This document shows, one piece after another, positions 1 through 10,813 of a DNA stretch of 64,000 nt (position 1 is its first letter; every line of letters begins with the position of its first letter). The notes below the pieces were generated by a model. That model saw nothing but the letters and a program-made list of their open reading frames with translations. It was not told the origin of the DNA and made no database searches. The translations under genes were made by a program, and so were the position numbers. This DNA is from Octopus sinensis. Its lineage: Eukaryota. The DNA lies in the NCBI RefSeq assembly GCF_006345805.1, contig NW_021835987.1, positions 1-64,000 of the forward strand. Reading direction: 5' to 3'.

Positions 1-232
1 TTTCTTTACTACCCACAAGGGGCTAAACATAGAGGAGACATACAAGGACAGACAAACGGACTGAGTCCATTATATCGACCCCAGTGCGTAACTGGTACTT
101 ATTTAATCGACTCCGAAAGGATGAAAGGCAAAATCTACCTCGGCGGAATTTGAACTCAGAACGTAGCGGCAGACGAAATATGGCTACGCATTTCGCCCGC
201 CCTGTTAACGGTTCTGCCAGCTCGCCGCCAAC
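1..232 (-). mobile_element. SINE family 3 (also 44340-44530 +, with remnants near 1300 and 61340)
   Basis: Shared core tcgacyccgaaaggatgaaaggcaaa...cctcggcggaatttgaactcagaacg in opposite orientations at these sites. Confidence 0.75.
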
Positions 233-904
233 TTGTGTAAATATTGGTTTAGTGGAACAGAGTATTGGGAAACCGTGAATAAGGTGCAGGTTTCGAGTAT
301 TTGTCGGAAAATGTTTTCTTCTTGTCTTCTAATAGTAATAAGCCAAATTTCGAGGTTCTTCTCAGAGCTATCCCACATTCAAAAATTATACGGGTATTTA
401 AAAAATTTTCATTCTATAAATAATAAATTACGCATTATATTAATAGAATAAACTGTCGGTTTTCCAAATAGCAAATAAAAATTTAAAATAGTAAGTGAGA
501 GGCATTGCAAATGAGAATAGAATACTCTTCAGTCAATGCAAAGAATACTTAAATTTGTGATTAATTGGACGCAGGGAATGCAAAGAATATTTTAAATTGT
601 GATTAACTGGACGCAGTGAATGCAATGAATATTTAAATTTGCGAGAAATGAGAGTTGAAAAATACTTCAAGAAACTTGAGAAATGGAAGTTATAGGAAAT
701 TTCTTTAAAAATATTTCCAGACAATTAGTCCTTTAATAATTGCAGTTTTTTTTAGTACTTTAATTATCGTCACATGCCTAATTAATAAGAAGTTTTCTCC
801 ATTGTAGTATAGATAGTTCAGATAATCTTCATTTGCTGGCAGTTTTCGCACAATACAGAGACAAGTCCTCAAATATCTACACACACGCACACATACACAC
901 AACT

Positions 905-956
<52 letters not shown>

Positions 957-961
957 CATTC

Positions 962-1125
962 TTGTGTCCCTTAATTGAGAATTCAAGTCCGGTGGCTGAA
1001 GCCAGGTCGTTCCATGGTGAACTTTTCAAGTTTTTCCGAGAGAACCAGCTTTCAATGGTTGTATTTCGTCCATTAAATATCATAGTTACCACATCGGTTT
1101 GGTTTTTGCTAATCACTAGTTTCAC
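962..1125 (-). pseudogene. Copy D: isolated exon 3 paralog with a GT>GA donor
   Basis: ttgttttgcag acceptor; [54 protein letters not shown]. 164 nt to the homologous phase-2 boundary, which reads AA|gaatgt (B: GG|gtatgt). No exon 1 or 2 on the minus strand nearby. Confidence 0.7.
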
Positions 1126-2440
1126 CTGCAAAACAAATGAACATGTAGCACACATAGACACGTACACATGCATACATACACGCACACGTTAGCACTCTCA
1201 TAATGAAGAATAATCGGCTCAAGTTAAAGAGATCGAGATACTTTAAAATGTATTTCTTTAGTTGTTAGCCTAATTTCCACTCATTTTTATTACATCCTTT
1301 CGTCTTTTGGAGCTCGGTAAATTAAGTACCAGTTGTGTACTGAGGTCAATGTAATGAACTGGTACCCTCACAACATAAATTTCAAGCCTAGAAAAGTATA
1401 TTGTGATAATTACAGAATGTAGAAAGTAATGTAACACCAACGACTACTTAATCCAACCAAAATATCTCAGATACAAAAACGTAAACGGAATCACTATTTA
1501 ACCTTAAAATACATCGTACGTATTCAAAGAACCTTCTTGGTTTCGTGTTACGGAACGTTTTTCTGGTATTCTTTTATTCTTCTACTTGTTTCAGTCAATT
1601 GAGAGTGGCCATGCTAGAGCACCACCCTTTAGTCGAAGAAATTTACCCTTGGACTTATTCCCTGTAATCCTGGTGTTTATTCTATCAGTCTCTTCTGCTG
1701 AACATCCAAATAACAGAGACACAAACACACCAACATCGGTGTGAAGCAATGTTGGTGGTGGGACAAACACACACATAAACACACACACACACACGCACAC
1801 AGACACACACACATACATACATACAAACATACATACATACATACATACATACATGCATACATACATACATACATGCATGCATACATGCATACCTACATAC
1901 CTACATACATACATACATACATACATACATACAGACATACATACATACATGCATGCATACATGCATACATACATATATATGATGAGCTTGGTGGCAGTGG
2001 TGTGTCCGGCTGGGGGGATTTTGTGGTTTGCTGGTATGCCGAGAGATCCAGAGGGTCACACATGCATGCAAGCACATACACAAACACATACCTAGGGACA
2101 GAGACAGACAGACAGACAGACAGACTATCCTAAATTATAATTTACTTCAAATCCGTTTCTCTTTTTTTGCAAGCACCCTTCCTCTCACACGCAAACGTTC
2201 TCCATCTTGTCATTTCAGGATTTTCTCTCTTCCAGGATTTCTCCCTCTTACTCTCTAATATTTCCTCATCTTCAGTAATACCCTCTGACGCATTTTCCCC
2301 TTACATATAAAACTCCCTTCTGTCTCTCTCTCCTATCTCTCTCCTCTCTCTCTCTCTCTATTTCATGCCATTTCTTTCCCCCTTCTAACTCCTTCCGGTG
2401 AACAAGAATATCGCAGTTTTCCTTCATTCATCAAGAAGTG

Positions 2441-2741
2441 ATGGAAGTGACGCTGTTAACCCTTACAACAATCCTGGCTGTCACCTCAGGTCTGGGAATT
2501 AAGGAAGCTAACTACAAACGTTTGGAACCTGGTTATTCCTATGATTATATTGAGACACCTCCAACACAACAACAATTCCCCACCGCACGAAGTCGACTGG
2601 AATGTAACGCCATCGCTCTAAACAGCCAATCAGAATTCTTTACTTACAACAGCGTCAGCCGTGTTTGTAAGAATTACTCACCGAAAGATATAATGACAGT
2701 CGTCAGCACGAATGACAACAACGAGATTTCCTTCTATAGAT
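2441..2741 (+). CDS. Gene A exon 1: signal peptide plus degenerate PAN/Apple-like domain of a secreted protein (gene model join 2441-2741, 5324-5502, 8147-8301, 10340-10503, 10733-10782; 282 aa)
   Basis: ATG at 2441, MEVTLLTLTTILAVTSG hydrophobic leader, then LECNAIALNSQSEFFTYNSVSRVCKNYS (PAN-like C...FTYN...C pattern). Phase-1 donor T|gtaagt at 2742. Paralogous exons at 29296-28999 and 61749-61450. Confidence 0.85.
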
Positions 2742-2754
2742 GTAAGTGAAGCAT

Positions 2755-3096
2755 TCTTCTTTTCTTCTTCTTCTTCTTCTTCTTCTTCTTCTTCTTCTTT
2801 CTTCTTCTTCTTCTTCTTCTTTTCTTCTTCTTCTTTCTTCTTCTTCTTCTTTTCTTCTTCTTCTTCTTCTTCTTATTATTTTATTATTTTTATTATTATT
2901 ATTATTATTATTATATTATTATTATTATTATATTATTATTATTATTATTTTATTATTATTATTATTATTATTACCATTATCATTATGGCTGCTGTTGTTG
3001 TTGATGTTGTTGTTATTATTATTATTATTATCATTATTATCATTATTATCATCATCATTATTATCATTATTATTATTATTATTGTTGCTGTTGTTG

Positions 3097-3139
<43 letters not shown>

Positions 3140-3165
3140 CATTATTATTGTTGTCGTTGTTGTTG

Positions 3166-3217
<52 letters not shown>

Positions 3218-3220
3218 TAG
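2755..3220. repeat. Compound (TTC)n/(TTA)n/(TTG)n microsatellite at the start of gene A intron 1
   Basis: Direct inspection. Confidence 0.95.
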
Positions 3221-3865
3221 GGTACTCGTTAAGCGATGTGTGGCTTAATGATCTATTTTTCTCTTGTATACCCAAAAGTAAATGAACGTATCAATAACCA
3301 GTTTTACAAGTGTGTGTGTGCGTTTATGTGTGTGCGTGCATGTGTGTGTGTATGCGTGTATGCGTGTATGCATGTATGTAATCTTTCTGTCGAACAACGT
3401 AGACTCGAAACGTAAAAGACTTTTTTCTATTCCTGAGCGCTATACTAATATATTTGTTTGTTTCTACTCCACCTGCCTTCGTCTTTTGTTTATTTTCGTA
3501 AACTTTCCCTTTATGTATGTATTATACAATTTTATTAAATATTTTATACACAGAGGAAAAATCCATGACAAAAATCGAATAATCGATTATAAGTAATAAC
3601 CAGCCTCTCCTGTTGATGAAACCTGGATGCTTCTCTTCTCTGGCCAGCAATATCAATATTCGTAACGGACTTTTGATAGTTACAAAACTAAGAAAATGTA
3701 TGTTTAAGTAATGACTTCAAATTTATCAAAATAACGGCGTGGTACATTGACGGAGTTTTATCAGTTTGAAATACCACTATATATTCTGCTTCGTTTCCAT
3801 TAATATAGTATGGATTCTAATGAGCAAATCTTTATTAAAACATAGAGGTAATAATAAATTTAAAT

Positions 3866-3990
3866 GTTGGGTTGTCCGAAAAGTTCGTGCCGATTTTAAA
3901 GGAAAGAAAAAGGTCAATAAATACTTGACTTAACATTTTTAATCAACCAAATATGAACCATTTTGTTGCAGAATGCGTCTCCATCTTTCC
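3866..3990. mobile_element. Mariner-type terminal repeat remnant
   Basis: ttgggttgtccgaaaagttcgtgccg resembles mariner TIR ends. Followed by (CATA)n. Confidence 0.4.
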
Positions 3991-4689
3991 TTTCACTTGA
4001 AAATTCATACATACATACATACATACATACATACATACATACAAACATACATACACATACATACCCACACATACATACCCACACATACATATATATACAT
4101 ACATACATACATACATACATACATACATACATACATGCATACATACATGCATACATACATACATATATATACATACATACATACATGCATACATACATGC
4201 ATACATACATACATACACACATACATACATATATACATACACACACATACATACATACATACATACATACATACAAACATACATACACATACATACCCAC
4301 ACATACATATATACATACACACACATACATACATACATACACACATACATAAATACATACATACATACATACATACATACATACAACATACATACATACA
4401 TACATACATGCAAACAAAAATACCCTGTTGTTGATCTTGAAATTCCAATGAAGGAGCTTGGATGTAGGTTAGAAACTGATTATTTCTCTATGGGAAAGAA
4501 ATTTTGAAGTAAACTGAATAATGACATACATATGAGACTCTTTGTGTGTGTATGTATGTATGGCTGTGTGTGTGTGTGTGTGTGGTGTGTGTGTGTGTGT
4601 GTGTGTGAGAGCGAGCATGAATGCGTGTATGTCTACAGTGATAGATCCGAGTGTTTCATTTATTCACAATTTGATTTATTAATTTCACC

Positions 4690-5180
4690 GGACTATGAAT
4701 ACCTATAATGGTGCCTACGCAGTCGTCCACACCTATCACTGCCCTTATCAGTGGTTACAGGGAAATGATTGCGGAGTCCCTTTTTGCCTTATGCTTTTCC
4801 TTATCCTTTTTGTATTTCTTCCTTTGTTTTGCCGTTTTTTTCTCGGCTTTCAATACTCCCTCAGTCCTAACTGCCACTAGCAAGCTTTCCTCGCTTTAGC
4901 ATATCTGTCTCATCAAGTTCCCGAGTTCGATACCTACGCAGTCTTGCACACTTATCAGTGCCCTTCCTCCATTTGCCCTCTTCGTGTAGAGACGATCAGT
5001 GTCTGCACGTGGATGATGGCCTCCATGCATCATTAGACGCTTCCTTGTCTTCCTGTCCAACTCTTATCTCTCCTCCTCTGTTCAGTTAAGGATCCCAGCG
5101 CCATACCGAACTACTGCGGCTGCGCATAAGTTCATGGCCGAAATTATGTTCCAGGTATTCAGATTTGAAGCCAATACTAT
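4690..5180 (-). mobile_element. Degenerate R4/Dong-like LINE fragment in intron 1 of gene A
   Basis: Minus-strand VLASNLNTWNIISAMNLCAAAVVRYGAGILNW...HHPRADTDRLY.KR..GGR, matching the 57200-57420 part of the long element. Abuts an (ACT)n/(AAT)n tract. Confidence 0.72.
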
Positions 5181-5198
5181 TACTACTGCTGCTGCTAT

Positions 5199-5263
<65 letters not shown>

Positions 5264-5323
5264 ACAATAATAATAAAAATAACAATAATAATAATTATAA
5301 TAATACTATTATACTTATTTCAG

Positions 5324-5502
5324 ACAGACAATGGATTAAAACATATGCCCTAACAATGAGAGCTGGTTCGAAAATTTATAATTCATTCCTGAATATAGGA
5401 AGTCCTTCAACCTGGAAAGTGGACAAATGCAATGGTACCTTCTGTCCTAACTTCTTCCGACATCCCTTCCTTGATTTCTGGGAACATCTTCCAATTGATG
5501 AG
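5324..5502 (+). CDS. Gene A exon 2
   Basis: ttatttcag acceptor; (Y)RQWIKTYALTMRAGSKIYNSFLNIGSPSTWKVDKCNGTFCPNFFRHPFLDFWEHLPIDE; donor gtacgt. 179 nt, phase 1 to 0, same length as exon 2 of B and C. Confidence 0.88.
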
Positions 5503-5562
5503 GTACGTAGCCGTATGCATACACATACACTAATATATATATAATAATAGTAATAATCGTGA

Positions 5563-5820
5563 CGTATATTTGCCATTTAAATATGGCTAACCCCTAAGGG
5601 TGGATGCTACTGTAGTTTGTAGCCCCAGGAGGACACCTCCCAGAAACTCGAGTCCGTGTGTATCATAAGTTAAAGACGGGAAGGATGGCTTCACTTTGCA
5701 AATACTGATAGGGCACAGAAAATGTGTCTATAGCCAGCGGAAGGAGGTGTCCTCCTGGGACTACAAACTACAGTAGCATCCAACCTTAGGGGTTAGCCAT
5801 ATCTAAATGGCAAATATACG
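5563..5820. mobile_element. MITE or fold-back element with 78-bp terminal inverted repeats
   Basis: 5563-5640 is the reverse complement of 5743-5820 with 3 mismatches; about 100-bp spacer. Confidence 0.8.
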
Positions 5821-7326
5821 TTACGGTGTGTTGTAGCTACCGTTTATAACTCGCTCTAAGATTTATTATTAATAGTAATAATGATTAACAGATATTTAGA
5901 TCAATTCAATTGCTTGTTACATTTTTGACCTACAAAAATGATTTATGAGGAAGGCGAAACAATGTTGAATAGAATTCTATCCGCGGCAAACCGCAGTAAT
6001 AAGAAAAGATTATCACAGACAAAAGAATCTCCTTTTGGGGTTTGATGAGTAAATGGGAAACAAAATCGATGAAATCAGCTTACAATTCATGACTGGTAAA
6101 AGTTTTATTGAGCTCGGCAGAAAGTAAAGCACGTGGACCTCGGTGGTACTTGGATTCAAAGCTGAATTAGTTTGTCATTCTTCTTGTGAGATGGCAAGAT
6201 TGAGTAACAAACAAAACCTTGTGGGAACAGACGAACCAGGGACCTGTCAGAGCCCAGATCAAGAGCAGTCATGGATCATGGCTAGTTCAAAATTGAAATT
6301 TATTTCGTCACTGTATTTATTGCGGAGATGTGTCAATTCATGGAATGTTTTACTCTAGATATTTCGTGTTTTCATCCACAATGGAGACGAACACCCTCCT
6401 TCCAGGTAATCGGCTTGGAAAATTGTTGACATATTAAGACATTCGCCCTTAAATGAAACCAATAATAGCCTTAATACACAAATGAAGAAATTTTAATCAA
6501 CAATGCGGTTTTGAGCGAAATACATGACCTCAGCCCGAGGTTAGCTCATCATTTTTCGGTCATTTATATACATTCAAAAATTGTCGCTTTAAAATCGGAG
6601 GTTAAATATCATTATGATATATATTATATAGAGTTATTGTACAGTTATTATACTATGAGCCTTCCATAGTAGCTTTTTCTCCGTAACTCGCAAATCCTTT
6701 CGGGTTTACTCTTCTACTCTTTTGCATTGGTTGTCAAGAAATGCTAGGGGGACAAACACAGACACACAACCACAAACACACACACACACATATATATACA
6801 TATTTACGACGGGCTTCTTTCAGTTTCCGTCTACCAAATCCAGTCACAAGGCTTTGGTCGGCCCGAGGCTATAGTAGAAGACATTTGCCCAAGATGCCAC
6901 GCAGTGGGACTGAACCCGGAACCATGTGGTTGGTAAGCAAGCTACTTACCACACAGCCACTTCTGCGTTTGTTTATAAAAATATTATTTATGTCTGACTC
7001 ATACACTCTTTGCTTTCCAGACATTTCTACATTACTGCATATATTTTATACGCACTTTCTGACAAGTTGTGGTGCACCTGAGCACTGTATACATTAATTT
7101 CATTATTATTATTATAGCAAGATACGGATTAGGTGATAGGCCAATCAAAATCATTAATTTCGCCTGTTATGCAAATTCGTTTCGATCAAAAGAATGATGA
7201 GAGTGAACATTAGTCTAACAGCTTTGTTTGTTATTCGAACTTGGCATCTCACAAGAAGAATAACAAAATAATTCAACTTTGAGTCCAAGTGGCACCAAGG
7301 TCCACATGCTTTACTGTTTACTCTGC

Positions 7327-7443
7327 GTGTGTGTCAGTGTGTCTCAGTGTGTGCGTGTGTGTGTGTGTGCGTTTGTGTGTGTGTGTTTGTGTGTGTGTGT
7401 GCGTTTGTGTGTGTGTATGTGCGTTTGTGTGTGTGTGTCTCAG

Positions 7444-7474
<31 letters not shown>

Positions 7475-7655
7475 TTGTGTGTGTGTGTGCGTTTGTGTGT
7501 GTGCGTGTGTGTGTGCGTGTGTGTGTGTTTGTGTGTGTGTGTTTGTGTGTGTGTGTTTGTGTTTCTGTGTGTGTGTGCGTGTGTGTGTGTTTGTGTGTGT
7601 GTGCCAGTGTGTTTGTGTGTTTGTGTGTGTGTGTTTGTGTGTGTGTGCGTTTGTG

Positions 7656-7724
<69 letters not shown>

Positions 7725-8050
7725 GTTTGTGTGTGTGTGGTGTGTGTGTTTGTGTATTTGCGTGTGTGTGTGTGTTGTGTGTGTGTGTGTGTTGTGGTGT
7801 GTGTGTTTGTGTGTGTGTGTCAGTGTTTGTGTGTGTGTTTGTTTGTGTGTGTGTGCGTTTGTGTGTGTGTGTGTCAGTGTGTGTGTGTGTTTGTGTGTGT
7901 GTGTGTTTGTGTGTGTGTGGTTGTGTGTGTGTGTTTGCGCGTGTGTGTGTGTGCGCGCGTGTGTGTGTGCGTGTGTGTGTGTTTGTGTATTTGTGTGTGT
8001 GTGTTTGTGTATTTGCGTGTGTGTGTTTGTGTATATTTGTGTGAGTTTGT

Positions 8051-8083
<33 letters not shown>

Positions 8084-8125
8084 GTGTATGTGTGTGTGTG
8101 TACCCGTGTGTGTATATGTGTGTGC
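7327..8125. repeat. (TG)n-rich microsatellite upstream of exon 3 of gene A
   Basis: Direct inspection. Confidence 0.95.
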
Positions 8126-8146
8126 TACATGCTCATTTTTTTGCAG

Positions 8147-8301
8147 GTAAAAGTGGTAATCTATAAAAACGAAATCGCTTCGGTAACTATGATATTTGAT
8201 GGACGAAATACAACCCTTAAAACCTGGTTCTCTCAGAAAAATTTGAAAAGTTCACCATGGGACGACCTAGCTTCCGCCACCAATCTGTATTTCTCAATGA
8301 C
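8147..8301 (+). CDS. Gene A exon 3 (using the derived donor at 8302; the ancestral-position donor is at 8311)
   Basis: tttttgcag acceptor; [51 protein letters not shown](T); AC|gtgagt donor; 155 nt, phase 0 to 2. Homologous to 26117-25951, 49196-49033 and 1125-962. Confidence 0.8.
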
Positions 8302-9327
8302 GTGAGTATAGTATATCTATATATCTTTTATGCTTGTTTCTTTTTCTTCGTTACGTAGAGACTTATCATGGTACAAAACATATAACTTTCGTAGGCAACA
8401 GATATAAAGTTTAACCTATACATTTAGACGCTAAACTTTCTGGAGACGAACAACATATGCCCAGGCTTTCAACAGTATATCTTCATTTGTTATGATATAC
8501 AGAATGCTAATTTGAACTAATACTGCTGCCGTCTGTAAAGATGAAATATATCCAGGCATTCGGCTAACTACAGCACCGCTGATTTGCTAAAAGCAACAGA
8601 AATAGATTTAGCTATTCCACCGCCGCTGCTGTGGAGGCACATGGCCTAGTGGTTAGAGCAGCGGACTCGCGGTCGAGGGGTCGCGGGTTCGAATCTCAGA
8701 CCGGGCGATATGTGTGTTTATGAGCGAAACACCTAAGCTCTACGCAGCTTCGACAGAAGGTAATGGCGAAACTTCTGCTGATTCTTTCGCCACAACTTCC
8801 TCTCACTCTTTCCTTCTACATCTTACAGCTCACCTGCGACGGATAGGCGTCCCGTCCAGGTGGGGAACCTGTACGCCAAGAAACCGGGAAACCGGCCCTT
8901 ATGAGCCAGGTATGGCTCGAGAAGGAACAACCAACCGCTGCTGCAAGAGGCTATAACTCTATTAATGGTACATTTCTGTATTTTCAACACTACACGACCA
9001 AATGAAATGCTTTCTCGTTACGAACAGCAGAGTTACCAGAATTTCACATTAAGTAGCATATTTTAAAGTGGGAAGCACGAAAATGTATTTTCACCTTAAA
9101 ATGTACACTCTTTTATTCTTTTACTTGTTTCAGTTATTTGACAGCGGCCATGCTGAAGCACTGCCTTTCAGTCGAGCAAATCGACCCCAGGACTTATTCT
9201 TTGTAAGCCTAGTACTTATTCTATCGGTCTCTTTTGCCGAACCGCTATGTTACGGGAAAGTAAACACAGCAGCATCGGTTGTCAAGCGATGTTGGGGGAC
9301 AAATACAGACACAAACACACACACACA

Positions 9328-9420
<93 letters not shown>

Positions 9421-9537
9421 CAGTTAATCTAAACATGAAAACACAAAAATATACAACAACGCGACATATATATACTTGGGCAAGTGTCTTCTACTATAGC
9501 CTCGGGAATAGTAGACGGAAACTGAAAGAAGCCCGTC

Positions 9538-9607
<70 letters not shown>

Positions 9608-9710
9608 GTTGTGTGTGTGTTTCTGTATGTTTGTCTGTGTTTCTCCCCCCAACATCGCTTGACAAATGATGCTGGTGTGTTTACGTCCCCGTAACTTAGC
9701 GGTTCTGCAA

Positions 9711-10283
9711 AAGAGACCGATAGAATAAGTACTAGGCTTACAAAGAATAAGTTCTGGGGTCGATTTGCTCGACTGAAAGGCGGTGCTCCAGCATGGCCGC
9801 AGTCAAATGACTGAAACAAGTAAAAGAGACCGATTGAATAAGTACTAGGCTTACAAAAATAAGTCCTGGGGGTCGATTTGCTCGACTGAAAAGCGGTGCT
9901 CCAGCATGGCCGCAGTGAAAATGACTGAAACAAGTAAAAGAGACCGATAGAATAAGTACTAGGCTTACAAAGAATAAGTCCTGGGGTCGATTTGCTCGAC
10001 TGAAAAGCGGTGCTCCAGCATGGCCGCAGTCAAAATGACTGAAACAAGTAAAAGGGTCCGATAGAATAAGTACTGGGCTTACAAAGAATAAGTCCTGGTG
10101 TCGATTTGCTCGACTGAAAAGCGGTGCTCCAGCATGGCCGCAGTCAAAATGACTGAAACAAGTAAAAGGGTCCGATAGAATAAGTACTGGGCTTACAAAG
10201 AATAAGTCCTGGTGTCGATTTGCTCGACTGAAAAGCGGTGCTCCAGCATGGCCACAGTCAAAATGACTGAAACAAGTAAAAGA
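9711..10283 (+). repeat. Five tandem ~114-bp copies of a SINE 3' segment
   Basis: Units start at 9711, 9824, 9938, 10052 and 10166 (aagagaccgatagaataagtact...gactgaaacaagtaa). Confidence 0.9.
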
Positions 10284-10339
10284 GTAAATGTTTAGGTTTC
10301 CATATTCTGAAACCCATCCAACTTTTATTAACTCCACAG

Positions 10340-10503
10340 GAAAGATCGTCTCTTCCATATATCGAAAAAAATAAATAGATGTTTCAAGATGACTGGCTGG
10401 TTGGTTACTGATGACAATCCGCCGGCGTGTTCGTTCGGTTACACACGTCGTTCTCCGTCAATCCGTTATTCTCATAAAAACAAGAAAATCTTATGGGACA
10501 ATG
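10340..10503 (+). CDS. Gene A exon 4
   Basis: ttttattaactccacag acceptor; KDRLFHISKKINRCFKMTGWLVTDDNPPACSFGYTRRSPSIRYSHKNKKILWDN; G|gtgagt donor; 164 nt, phase 2 to 1. Shares F.IS...C...GWL...C......P.I.Y....W.. with exon 4 of B and C. Confidence 0.8.
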
Positions 10504-10732
10504 GTGAGTGATATTTTTATTTTGTGTGTGTGTGTGCGTGTTTATGTGTGTGAGCATTGATTCAACTGATTTATTATTAAAAGCGGTCCGACCATGACCC
10601 TCCTGTATGTTTCCCACTCAACGATGTAAAGATTTGGCTGCTATTTCTAGTAATTCGAGTGAACGCGTATGAAGACCTTCCACGATTTATTTCCATTCCT
10701 TTGGTTATTGATGTTGTTATTGTTACTTCCAG

Positions 10733-10782
10733 GTTATACATTAGCAGACTCCATGGCCGTATTCATCCGCCTGAGGCAGTAG
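10733..10782 (+). CDS. Gene A exon 5 (terminal coding exon)
   Basis: ttacttccag acceptor; (G)YTLADSMAVFIRLRQ then TAG. Near-identical to the terminal exons of B and C. The five exons sum to 849 nt, a multiple of 3. Confidence 0.85.
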
Positions 10783-10813
10783 AATTTATCCAGCACATGA
10801 TACTATAGTTGTT

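Noticed and set aside
1126-8146. Programmed invertible cassette switching exons 1-2 between exon 3 of A and of D
   Set aside because: No recombinase gene or dedicated recombination sites, and D has a dead donor. A historical inversion or duplication is simpler.
8303-8305. TGA as selenocysteine
   Set aside because: The position is Gly in paralogs, not Cys, and I recognised no SECIS in the 3' UTR.
8630-8710. tRNA-Arg-like sequences (also 12136, 63550)
   Set aside because: They are SINE heads followed by a shared SINE body, and the acceptor stem is not intact.
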